Shown: one piece after another, positions 52,740 through 64,000 of the stretch
Position numbering within the stretch: the first letter of the stretch is position 1
Layout: every line of letters starts with the position of its first letter
The notes under the pieces: model-generated
Told to the model about the DNA's origin: nothing
Databases searched by the model: none
Seen by the model: only the letters and a program-made list of their open reading frames with translations
Made by a program: the position numbers and the translations under genes
Source of the DNA: Carcharhinus amblyrhynchos
Lineage: Eukaryota
DNA: 64,000 nt
Assembly (NCBI GenBank): GCA_965287045.1
Contig: OZ336876.1
Location: 65,534,001-65,598,000 of the forward strand
Direction: 5' to 3'

Positions 52740-53854
52740 CTGCACATAGATAAGACATTGGATTGAAAGGATATATTTATCAACAGAGCTCACTATTTCA
52801 CTAAGAAAATAAATGGCTGAAAAGGGTAGGCCTGTTATGCTACCCAATTTGCACTGATAGCAAATGAAATTATCCTTGCAGCAGCCACTTGATGATAAAG
52901 TGACAGGTCAGTCAACTTGACTAGTGACAGGTAAAATAGTGGCAGGCAAACTGGGACATTATAGCTTGACTGTAACCAGCACAAAGCAAAGCTTGCTACA
53001 ATGCACCATCTGGGAACACATTAAACAGATTTTTAATATTGAAGTTGACATTCCCATCAGATCTTGCTGGTTTTAAAATACCCTTTGATGCAGATAATGA
53101 GCTCATGCAAATACATACATAAAAGAACATGCTGAACTGTTTTTTCTAGGTTAGTAATATTAGCAAAGTTAGCAATATAGTTCTTGGTCACCGAATAGGC
53201 AATGGTCTTAAAGAGTAGTATGATCATCCCTTGGTGAGGAAAGATAGCATTAAATCAAATGTGTAAATTTTATTAAATATAAAAGCAAGTCTAATTTAGA
53301 AATTTAATTTTTTTTTCCAACGCAATTCCTTAGGTAATGAAATCGTCCATGTCCACATGCAGCAAGACCTGGCCAACATTGAGGCTTAGGCTGATGAATG
53401 CTAGATCACATTCATGCCAGGTCATGGCCAACTCCGACAATAAAGAATGTCTAATAACTGTTAAACATTGGAGAATTGACACTAAGAAGCACAGAGGGTT
53501 ACAAATGATGGTGCTTTATTTAGAGGGTGGTCTTCACTTTAGCAGTTTCCCCACCCCAAGCAACCTGTGACATCATTTCTGAATACATGAATATATTAGT
53601 ACGCTGACTGCAGCTGCCAAGAAACAATACTAACACATAACATTTCCTTCCCTCTTTAAACTGAACATTCTCAACAAATTCAAACAAGTACAACATGAAC
53701 AATAATCATTGAACATTAAGTTATAAGTCAGAGAGCCTGGAGGTTGCTGCTTGCGGAACAGTTGACGGTGAATCTCTGGTGTCTTCTTCTTTGCACCGGG
53801 TGAAACCTCTGGCATTTTCACCTTTGGACGAATGGCATCAGTGGTTCACTGAGA

Positions 53855-55369
53855 AAGGCGAGAGAGGAAATTGCTGTGGCATCGACAGAAATCTTTGTAT
53901 CCTCACTGGCTTCAAGGGGGTTCCCAGAGGATTGGAGAATAGCCAATGTTGTTCCTTTGTTTAAGAAAGGTAGCAAGAATAATCCAGGTTATTACAGGCC
54001 GATGAGCCTTACATCAGTGGGAAGGAAATTATTGGAGAGGATTCTTCGATACAGGATTTATTCCCACTTGGAAGTGAGTGGACATATTAGTGAAAGGCAA
54101 CATGGTTTTGTGAAGGGGAGGGCATGTCTCACGAACTTGGATCAAGTTTTTTGAGGAAGTGACAAAGATGATTGATGAGGGTAGGGCAATGGATGTTGTC
54201 TACACGGACTTCAGTAAGGCCTTTGACAAGGTCTCTCATGGCAGACTGGTGCAGAAGGTGGGATCAGAGGCGAGTTGGCAAGGTGGATGCAAAACTGGCT
54301 CGGTCAAAGAAGACAGAGGGTAGCAGTGGAAAGATGCATTTCTGAATGGAAGGCTGTGACAAGTGGTGTTCCTCAGGGATCGGTGCTGGGATCTTTGCTG
54401 TTTGTTTGGAGGAAAACGTAACTGGATTGATCAGGAAGTTTGCAGTCAACACAAAGTTTGGTGGATTTGCGGATAGTGATGAGGACCATCAAAAGGATAT
54501 GGTATGATATAGATCAGTTGGAGACTTGGGCGGAGAGACGGCAGTTGGAGTTTAATCCGGACGAATGTGAGGTAATGCATTTTGGAAAGGCTAATACCGA
54601 TAGGAAATATACAGTGAATGACAGAACCCTTAAGAGTATTGATAGACGAAGGGATCTGGGTGTACAGGTACACAGGTCACTGGAAGAGGCAACGCAGGCG
54701 GAGAAGGTAGTCAAGGAGACATATGGCATGCTTGCCCTCATCGACCGGGGTATTGAGTTTAAAAATTGGCAAGTCATATTGTAACTTTATAGAACCTTGG
54801 TTAAGCCGCACTTGGAATACAACGTTCAATTCTGGCCGCCACACTACCAGAAGAATGTGGAGGCTTTGGAGAGGATACAGAAAAGATTTACCAGGATGTT
54901 GCCTGGTATGGAGGGCATTAGGTACGTAGAGAGGTTGGAGAAACTTGGTTTGTTCTCACTGGAGCAACAGAGGTTGAGGGGAGACCTGATAGAAGTCTAC
55001 AAGATCATGACAGGCATGGACAGAGTGGACAGTCAGAAGCATTTTCCAAGGGTGGAAGAGTCAATTACTGGGAGGGGGGGGGGGGGGGGGAGGGGGGGTA
55101 AGGTTTAAGGTGTAAGGGGCAAGGTTTAAAGGAGATATATGAGGCAGATTTTTTTTTACACAGAGTGGTGGGTGCCTGGAACTCATTGCCAGAGGAGGTA
55201 GTGGAAGCAGATATGGTAGTGACTTTTAAGGGGTGTCTTGACAAGTACATGAATAAGATGGGAATAGAGGGATACGGTTCCCAGAAGGGTAGGGGGTTTT
55301 AGTTAAGTCGGGCAGCATGGTCGGTGCAGGCTTGGAGGACTGAAGGGCCTGTTCCTGTGCTGTAATTTT
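53855..55369 (+). mobile_element. Decayed CR1/HER1 LINE (RT plus 3'UTR)
   Basis: PEDWRIANVVPLFKKG, QHGFVKGR.CLTNL and PHLEY..QFW motifs with frameshifts; the tail is split by the next element and resumes at 56162. Confidence 0.92.
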
Positions 55370-56161
55370 AGAACATGGAACATAGAACACTACAGCACAA
55401 ACAGGTCCTTCAGCCCACAAGTTGCACCGATCACATCTATACCTACCAAGCCATAGAACTATCTGTAACTTCCAATGCCATTAGATCCCACATACTCATC
55501 CAGAAGTCATTTAAAAGACCCCAGCGAGTTCGCCTCTACCACCACCGACAGCAGCCGATTCCACTCACTCACCACCCTCTGAGTGAAAAACTTATCCCTA
55601 ACATCTCCTCTGTACTTGCTTCCCAGCACCTCAAACCTGTGTCCTCGCGGAGCGACCATTTCAGCCCTGGGAAATAGCCTCCGAGAATCCACCCTATCTA
55701 TTCCTCTCAACATTTTATAAACCTCTATCAGGTCACCTCTCAACCTTCGTCTCTCCAGGGAGAAGAGACCTAGCTCCGTCTACCTATCTTCATAAGGCAT
55801 GCCTCCCAATCCAGGCAACATCCTTGTAAATCTCCTCTGCACCCTCTCAATAGCTTCCACATCCTTCCTGTAGTGAGGCGACCAGAACTGCACACAGTAC
55901 TCCAAGTGGGGTCTGACAAGGGTCCTATAAAGTTGCAGCATTACCTCCCGATTCCTAAACTCAATCCCTCTATTAATGAAGGCCAGTACACCATACGCCT
56001 TCTTGACCACATCCTCCACCTGCGAGGCCAATTTAAGAGTCCTATGGACCCAGACTCCAAGATCCTTCTGCTGTTCAACCCAGCTAAGACTCCTACCCCT
56101 GATATTGTACTCCTGCATCCCGTTGGTCCTGCCACTACATATTTATCTGCGTTGAAGTCCA
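55370..56161 (-). mobile_element. CR1/HER1 3' fragment inserted tail-to-tail into the preceding LINE tail
   Basis: Same subfamily as 45978-46788; apparent TSD aatttt at 55364-55369 and 56162-56167. Confidence 0.92.
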
Positions 56162-56179
56162 AATTTTCTTTGCTCTTTG

Positions 56180-57125
56180 GTTGGTTTGACCAACTTTGAC
56201 GTTGTAACTAGAGTTTGACATTGTGTTTGGTCTACAGGTGAGATGCTGTTTTCCTCAACAAGCACCTGTCAGCGTTAAGGTTACAGGAAGGTTTTGGTCA
56301 GGACTTTATACAGTTGAACGTGGATTTTCAGCAAGTTCCACTTCCAGTGGATCAGTTCTCGTACCAATACCTGGTCCATTTACTTCCTTCAGGTGACATC
56401 ATCTCTGGTCTGGACAGCATACGAGACAGAGCCAATCTGTGCAAGGATTATGGCAGGAACCCATTTCTATCCTTAGAACTATAGAAATGATACAACATTA
56501 AAAAAAAAGAGGGCCATTCAGCCTATCTTGTCCATGCCATCCCAAAGACATCTCTTGCCCTTTCTAAACGCATCTTCTTGCATGTGGCCCATTACCCTAC
56601 AGCTTACAACATTAAGGTGCAGATACAGCTACTTTTTAAGTAGGTCCAGGGTCTCTGCCTCCACCACCAACTCAGACAACGAATTCCAGACACCCACCAA
56701 CCTCAAAGTAAGTTTTTCCTATGAAGCAACTCTTTGCCAAAACTCCTTACTCTTGGTGGTTCTCTCTGTTCTTGTTATATGATTTCATTTTTTGAGATTT
56801 CATTAAGCCAAATTCCTACCCCCAACCTACCCTCAGAGTGCATTTGAGAATCAACCACATAGCTGTGCGCTGTGGATCTGGAGTCACATGTTGACCAGAC
56901 TGGGTAAGCAGGGCAGCAGGATTTTTATGACAATGTTTTCATGTCTTCATTAGGCTTTTAATTCTACAAGTCTTTGTTATAGCCACAAATTGGACAACTG
57001 ATTCTCCCTCTTCCCAATTTATTTTGTGGAAACTGAAACACTCTGCAACCACCAAAGACTTCTGCGAAAAATGTGCTTGCAAATATCTATGGATTGTCCA
57101 TGATTTAGTGCCTGGCTTCTTCAAT
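56180..57125 (-). mobile_element. Ty3/Gypsy LTR-retrotransposon remnants (gag and integrase C-terminus) with nested repeats
   Basis: 56939-57124 peptide KPGTKS..I..LQAHFS.K.LVVAE.F.FHK.N.EEGESVVQFVA resembles Gypsy gag; 56350-56465 reads VPAIILAQIGSVSYAVQTRDD, resembling the integrase C-terminal region. Confidence 0.65.
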
Positions 57126-60083
57126 GACCTGCAAATTTGTATGAAAAACAGTTGTTTTTTGTTGCTGGTGTGCGAGTATCGCTGACCATTTTTGCCCAGT
57201 CTTAATTGTCCTCAAGAAGCCATCTTCTAGAATTGCTATAGTCTGTATAGTGAAGCTAGATCAAACATTTTTCTCCCATTACATTCAGGAAACTGGCACC
57301 CTGATATCTTCAAGTGTTTTGCTTGCCTATACAAAATACTGTCTTCTTGACGGCAATGAAGGCTGGGCAAAAATGGTCAGTAATACCCACACACCATCAA
57401 CAAATAAAACAATTGTTTTTCATACAAATCTGCAGGTCAAAACATTCAGCTTTTCTTCAAATAAAAGGACAAAGGTTAGAAAGCAGAAATTATAGCAGAG
57501 AATGTGGAAGTGCAGATTAGGCAAGTCAGTATTTGAAAGAGAAAGACAGACAATCTTAACAATGTGCCTCAGAACTAGCTTCTATTTTAAACTAAATTCA
57601 GAGTCACAGGAACTGCAAGGGGAACACATTTCCAAAAACAACAAACACGGAATGTGACCTCTCTATGGAACGCAAGTACACCAAAATACTTCAAAAGATC
57701 AGTTGGTTCCTGAGTAGTTCACATCCATGGTTGGAAGTGCTTACAAACATGAAATTCCTGCCAGTAATAACACGAGGCATAAAGAAGCTAACATGGCCTG
57801 CTAAAATCTTTAAATAAAATGTTCTTTGATGGGATTCTTTCCCTGGTCTAATTTTACAGCATACTTTAAGAATCTTGACAGTGCTAGCTTAATTCTCAAA
57901 AACACAAATAAAGCAAATTCTACTCTGAGCAGACTCAATTCAAGAAAAGGCAAAGCTGAAATAAAAATCAAAATGTTACTGGAATATTTTATATGTATTT
58001 TTACTGAAAAGGGAGTCTATGGGTGGTTGGAGGGCAAACTAATGGAAAGGGAATATTTGTGAAAGTTAAAAAGTGGTGGCACAATGGTTAGCATCCTGCC
58101 ACAGAGTGCCAGCGCTACAAATAACAAACATCTACATCATTGATATATACACTTGCTGGACTTTGGTGGTGAAGTACCACAAACTCAAAGTCTAAATGTA
58201 ATGGGGACAAAGCAGACAGACAAAACAGCATTGCACTTTTTGCTAAGTAACCTGCCAGTAAATAAACTTTGATCAGTAAATTAGTAACAAAATCAAATTT
58301 TAAAAGTTTATAACCCCACATTCTTATACTTTCCAGTATTCATTTGTGGTTGCCTGTCAAAGATTTTACTATAGAATCAAACAAGTCAAGGAAGCACTGT
58401 AAACTTTGAAGTCATCCAAAACTCTGCTACCATATCCAAGCTCACAATAAATCCCATTTACCCATCACGCCTGTGCTTGCTGACCTATGCTGGCTCCAAA
58501 TAATGCTGAGCTTCAAAAATTTTAATTCTTGTTTGCAAATCCCTCCATGGCCTCACCTTTTCCAATCTGTGTAATCCAAACCAGCTCCATAACCCTTTGA
58601 GATGTATGCACTCCTCTAATTCCAAGCATCCATGAAATTATCGCTCCATTATGGGTGGTCATGCCTTAAACTGCCTAGGCCGCTAACTGGCTGGGGAAGC
58701 ATGCAAAATCCAGCAGGTGGCCTTGTTTTCGCCTATACACCCACCTCCGACTTGTCTAAAATTTTACAAGAGACGGGGAGATGGCCTGTGGCTTATTTAC
58801 TCTTGGATCTGTTGAGATCAATTACCGGCCACTTAAGAGCCTCATCCCACCACACGTGGTATTTGCTACAAGAGGAGAAGGGCTTGCCATCTGGGAAACC
58901 CAGCAGCTTCAGCTACTTGGGTTGGTGCCAAGCAAACAGAGGAGAACATACATGCCCAAAGGGCCAGAGGCAGAGGCAATCATTCTCCCACCCCATCCTC
59001 CACTCCCACCAAGGTCATCCCCTCACCCACAGCAACTTTGTCGTCTCTTAGCTGCCGTCTGAAAAGGCCCAGCAAACCATCCAGTTCAAGGGCAATTAGA
59101 GATGGTTTTGCCAGCGATGCACACATTCCGTGAATAAATAACCCAACCACCCCCCTCCCATTTTGAGCAGTCCCAACGGTGAACGTATCACCATGGAAGA
59201 AATGCAGTACTGTAACTGAATTTTACAATAGCATCACTAATTTAAATGGTTCAATGAATACCTGATGAGAGGGGTTCAGCAAAACTTCCGTTCCTGTAAT
59301 AGTTTATTCTTAAAACTACCAGAGTCAGGTGGTTGGCTGTGATAAAGACTGTTTCTGTGAAACTTAGTATTTTTATCCAAAATTTTGTTACAACTCAGTG
59401 AAAAAAAACTCACCTTATTTCAACTCATCCAGCTAAACATTTTGAAGACAGAAGTCACTAACTCAGCCCCTGCTAGAAACTATGCTCACTTCCACTAATT
59501 CCATCCTTCTCTTGGCACCATCTGCAAGCACAGCCTCCCGCTCAATATAAAGCCGTACCTGGCCTTTATAATTGCTTCACTGCCCACATTTCTCTCTGTT
59601 GCCAACTCCTATCCCAACCTCAATCCATCCACCACTGAAACTCCAGCATATGTTTTGCCACTACCAGCCACAAAAGGCCTGATTCTCCCAAAAATATTCT
59701 AAGTGCTGAATTTGCAGAAAACTGGTGTAAATCATGACTGTTTTTGTGAGAATTCAGACTCAAATCTTCCACACACTGTGCAATGTAGAGCTCACAATCA
59801 TGAATATCATTAAAGGTTCAGGGGCAGGGCCTATTCACACCGGACTTTGACAGTTCTGGAGCTTTGTGCATGCACAGTGGCCCCGATCTGACAGCCTGCA
59901 GTTTTGCTCCCTAGCTGGCCAGCCTGGGATCTCCTCAGTGCTGCACCTCCAACCCCCCTGCCTGGTTGAGCCCCCCCCCGACCATTCCCAGGCCAGGTCC
60001 CCACTCCCCCTCTTCCCCGTGAGAGACAGACAGACAACCACTCCCCCACCTCAATCACTGGCCTCCCTTCATCCCTGACCGAT

Positions 60084-60560
60084 CCCCATGCAGAGTAGCA
60101 GCGGGACCCTGCCCGCCCATGGAGGAGAATGGCAGCGGGACCCATCCCCCACCACCACCCCTCATGCAGAGTGGCAGCAGGACACCCCCGCCCCCCCCCA
60201 TGCAGAGTGGCAGCAGGACCCTCCCCCCCCCCGCCCCCCGTCCATGGAAAACGGCAGCGGGACCCTCCCCCCCCCGTCCATGGAAAACGGCAGCGGGACC
60301 CTCCCCCCTCTCCATGGAAAACGGCAGCAGGACCCTCCCCCCCGCCCATGGAGAATGGCAGCAGGGACCCTCCCCCCCCGCCCCTGGAGAATGGCAGCGG
60401 GATCCCCCCCCCAACCCCCGCCCATGGAGAATGGCAGCGGGATTGACCCCCACCCACAGAGAATAGCAGCAGCAGGATTCCCCCCCCCACACCCGCCCAT
60501 GGAGAACGGCAGCGGGACTCCCCCCCTCCACCCCACAGAGAATGGCAGCGGGTCCCCCCG
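60084..60560. repeat. GC-rich minisatellite, ~13 units of ~33-45 bp
   Basis: Unit core cccatggagaatggcagcgggacc followed by a variable C-run. Confidence 0.92.
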
Positions 60561-61134
60561 CACTGATTGCCCCTAATCTCTGCCCACAATAGGCCCGTCC
60601 TTTGGCACTGCCAAGGTGCCCCCAGGCATGGGCACATTGCATCTTGGGCAGTGGCAAGGGTACAGGCTGGCACTGCCAGGGTGCCCATGCCCAGGGGGCA
60701 CCATCCCTCATCTGACTCCCTGTGGGTCTCCCACCAGCTCCCCAAGTGTGGGGAGTACTCTAAATCCTGCCGGACAGAAATACTCCTGGTGGGGTGGGAG
60801 ATGCTATCGGGCCCAGAGAATTCAGTCCCGGGCCTGATAATGACATTTAAATTAAAATCAGATTAAAGTAACTTACCTGGTCTTCCCACTGGTTTCTAGT
60901 GTGGTCTCGACCACATATGCTCTCTGCCAGTGGTATCTGCGCATGCGCAAATCCTGTGAAATGGCCGATACAGGTATCTCCCAACCTGACAGTCCACAAC
61001 ACATCTGAAACAATGTGGCATGTAGAAATTCGGACTCACTTGAACCATGCCCAGGTCTGCCTATGGAATTGAGTGGAAACCACCAGCAAACCTGGACTCC
61101 AGAACATCACAGGTAGATCTTCCAGATTCCAGAA

Positions 61135-62341
61135 TTTGACTGAGTTTTTTGAAGGGGTAACCAAGAAGGTAGATGAGAGCAGCTGATTTTGTCTACATGG
61201 ACTTTAACAAGACCTTTGACAAGGTACCACATAGTAGGTTGTTGCAGAAGGTTAAGTCTCACAGAATCCAGGGTGGGGTAGTCAAATGGATACAAAATTG
61301 GCTTGATGACAGAAGACAGAGTGGTTGTAGAGGGTTGTTTTTCAAACTGGAGACCTGTGACCAGCGGTGTGCCTCAGGGATCAGTGCTGGGTCCACTGTT
61401 ATTTGTCATTTATATTAATGATCTGGATGAAAATTTAAGAGGCATGGTTAGTAAGTTTGCAGATGACACCAAGATTGATAGCTTAGTGGACAGTGAAGAA
61501 GGTTATCTAGGATTCTAATGGGATCTTGATCAATTGGGCCAGTGGACTGACAAATGGCAGTTGGAGTTTAAGTTAGGTAAATATGAGGTGATGCACGATG
61601 GTCGATGGAACCAAGGTTATTGGTAAGGTGTTGTGAAGAGTTATAGAACAGAGTGATCTAGGGGTACAAGTTCATAGCTCCTTGAAGGTGGAGTCACAGC
61701 TGGGCAGAGTGGTGAAGGCGGCATTCGGCATGCTTGGTTTCATTGGTCAAAACATTGAGGACAGGAGTTGGGACGCCTTGTTGAAGTTGTGCAAGACATT
61801 GGTACGGCCACACTTGGAATACTGTGTACAGTTCTGGTCACCCTATTATAGGAAAGATATTGAACTAGAGAGAGTACAGAAAAAAAATACTAGGCTGCTA
61901 CTGGGACTTGATAGTTTGAGTTATAAGGAGAGGCTGGATAGACTGGGACTTTTTCCTCTGGACTGTAGGAGGCTTAGGGGTGATCTTATAGAGGTCTATA
62001 AAATAAATGAAGGACATTGATCAACAGCATAGTCAATTTCTTTTCCCAAAGGTAGGGACTCTAAAACTAGAGGGGATAGATTTAAGGTATAAAAGGGTCC
62101 AGACGAGCAATTTTTTCACATGAGTGTCTGGAACAAGCTGCCAGATGTAGTAGTAGAGGTGGGTACAGTTTTGTCTTTTAAAAAGCATTTAGACAGTTAC
62201 AAGGGTGAGATGGATTTAGAGGGATATGGGCCAAACGCTGGCAATTGGGACTAGTTTAGGGGTTAAAAAGGGGCAGCATGGACAAGTTGGGCTGAAGGGC
62301 ATGTTTCCATGCTGTAAACTTCTATGATTCTATGACTCTAT
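61135..62341 (+). mobile_element. Decayed CR1/HER1 LINE
   Basis: [41 protein letters not shown]; tail tctatgattctatgactcta. Confidence 0.92.
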
Positions 62342-64000
62342 TCAGTGGATATCCATTATCCAGTTTCAAAATGTTCCTGGGGTCCATCTTCTCCAGGAGG
62401 TCCATCTCCTTTCTTGATGTTGAATGCCTTTTTAATATAGCACCCTGATCTGATGGTAGGACTCATGCTATCGTGCCTTCCCCACAACAGAACAGTGTTA
62501 AATGCTCAGGTGCATAACTAGTGAGTTCAGGATTGGAAGCTATGGAGTGGTATTGTGCCAGCACTCACCTGAAAAACATTCCACATTCTAGCCCCTGCCT
62601 CAGGACTTAATTCCAAGTGGAGAATTACATCCATAGTTTGTGGTAATAATTTTTTGATTTATTGTGGAAACATAATTTATTTTCCTAAAATTACTATTTC
62701 TATGTGCCGGAGTGCAGTGTTTTGCAATTTCAATGATATATTAATACATAGAAATTTAAAGAGCAGTATGTTGCTGTATCTACTTGGAAAACTATCATGG
62801 GAATTAAAATATGGCAAGGAATTGGCTTGAAATACTGCATTTCCATAATAAATTTCTGAAGAGTAAATCCAATCATAACTGAAACATGTCTAAGTTATGT
62901 AAGTTAATTTGTTGATTCTAATTTAAGAGCACTGCTGAGGCTCTCTCAGCTTTATTGAGCAAATGATTTTTCTGGTACGATGCTGGATAAATTACTGAAG
63001 TTTTCACAGTCACAACTACATTAAATTTGAGTCAATGATTAGAAGCATAGGGCAAAACAAAATACAATTTAACCAAGTGAAGGCTTTGCAAAGCAGCATT
63101 CAAATATTTGCTTTTTAATGACGATGGTAACTGACACTGTTGAGAAAGAATACCTTAAGCTGGCCTGGTATCATGGAGACAATTTAACTCAAGGGCCTCA
63201 GGAGTTACCACAAATATATTAAATGAATACCAGGTCTGGTACATGGAGAATATGGTTTTGTTATATGCACTCAGTGTGACAAAAGGTCCAGAGGGATCAG
63301 ATAAAGACCATGTGCTATCAGCCAGGCCAAGTACACACATCTTAGTTTTGCATTAATTCAACACATTTGAGAGTGTGGGTGTGGGGAATAATGTACCCTT
63401 CCAATCAAAATGAAACACTGAAGCCAACTATAATGCTATTGGAATTGGAAAATACAACTTCTCCATTTTTAATTATATAATTGGAGTATGGGCGGGGGGG
63501 AAATAAGAGAAAATAGAATGCCTAATAGTTTAAAAAAAAGATTTTGAAATATTACATTGAGCCATTTGTTTTTAGCATTGTTCAGAGTAATATAAATTCC
63601 TTGACTTACCAATTCAGTTTATATATGTAACACATACATTGGGATTTTTTGATCAATGGTAATGTGTGTGGCGTAAAATGGTGAACTTTTGAAGAAGGCT
63701 TATTTCACAAACAAAAAAAAAAGCAAACGGTGGAAATACTCAGTCGGTTTGGCAGAACGTGTGGAGTAAGAAACTGAGTTAACCTTTTAGTCGGTGGCCC
63801 TTTGACAGAAGTCAGATTTGAAACATTACTTCTGTTTTTCTCTGAATACATGCTGCCATCCAACGTGCTGACTATTTCTAGCATTTATCATGTTTTTAAT
63901 TGGATTCCCAGCATCTGCAATATCTTGCTCTTGTATTGTTGTTTGTAGCGGTTTTAAGGTTTGCAACAAAAATATTCAATTAAATTTTCACACAGTTAAT

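Larger units (their letters stand above)
59676..62611. mobile_element. Candidate TIR-bounded non-autonomous element carrying the minisatellite and interrupted by CR1
   Basis: Left end ggcctgattctcccaaaaatattctaagtgct versus the right-end reverse complement ggatgtaattctccacttggaattaagtcct (degenerate match). Confidence 0.4.

Noticed and set aside
55069-55098. Long G-run as a functional element
   Set aside because: Homopolymer expansion inside a dead CR1 at a native G-rich site; its length may also be a sequencing error.
59262-59295. CTGATGA hammerhead core (also at 51763 and 9263)
   Set aside because: No stem II followed by GAAA; chance heptamer matches.
60084-60560. CRISPR-like repeat-spacer appearance
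   Set aside because: The 'spacers' are only C-runs, the units are degenerate, there are no cas genes and the context is eukaryotic.
59831-60866. Several 100-300 aa Gly/Pro-rich ORFs on both strands
   Set aside because: They are products of the stop-poor GC minisatellite; there is no RING1 Cys pattern, so this is not RNF217 exon 1.
60865-60885. Strong minus-strand donor CAG|gtaagt as the end of RNF217 exon 1
   Set aside because: The upstream frame encodes no RING1-like sequence and lies within a repeat.

Overview
Eukaryotic, repeat-dense genomic DNA. It is almost certainly from a cartilaginous fish (shark-type HE1/V-SINEs, CR1/HER1 LINEs). The only host gene is an RBR E3 ubiquitin ligase recognisable as RNF217 on the minus strand. 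Five coding exons were reconstructed from GT-AG sites and continuous frame: 52506-52739, 44877-45041, 32966-33167, 21188-21259 and 7258-7331. They encode IBR, RING2 with the catalytic GCDHM motif, a transmembrane helix and a basic tail. The RING1-bearing first exon was not found and presumably lies beyond 64000. Most long ORFs in the track are CR1 retrotransposon ORF2 pieces; the rest are spurious. The introns hold two near-identical young CR1 copies, older nested CR1, L1/Tx1, L2 and Gypsy remnants, several SINE families, TIR-bounded MITE-like elements and a GC-rich minisatellite. Two signals stand out: (i) at least five local templated duplications, including a ~480-bp inverted duplication with a snap-back hairpin at its junction, and (ii) a recurring short, sometimes palindromic repeat whose copies align to a decayed minimal type-I hammerhead ribozyme of the Penelope-element kind. 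No prokaryotic systems (CRISPR, operons) are present. Repeat boundaries are approximate and identities were judged by eye.
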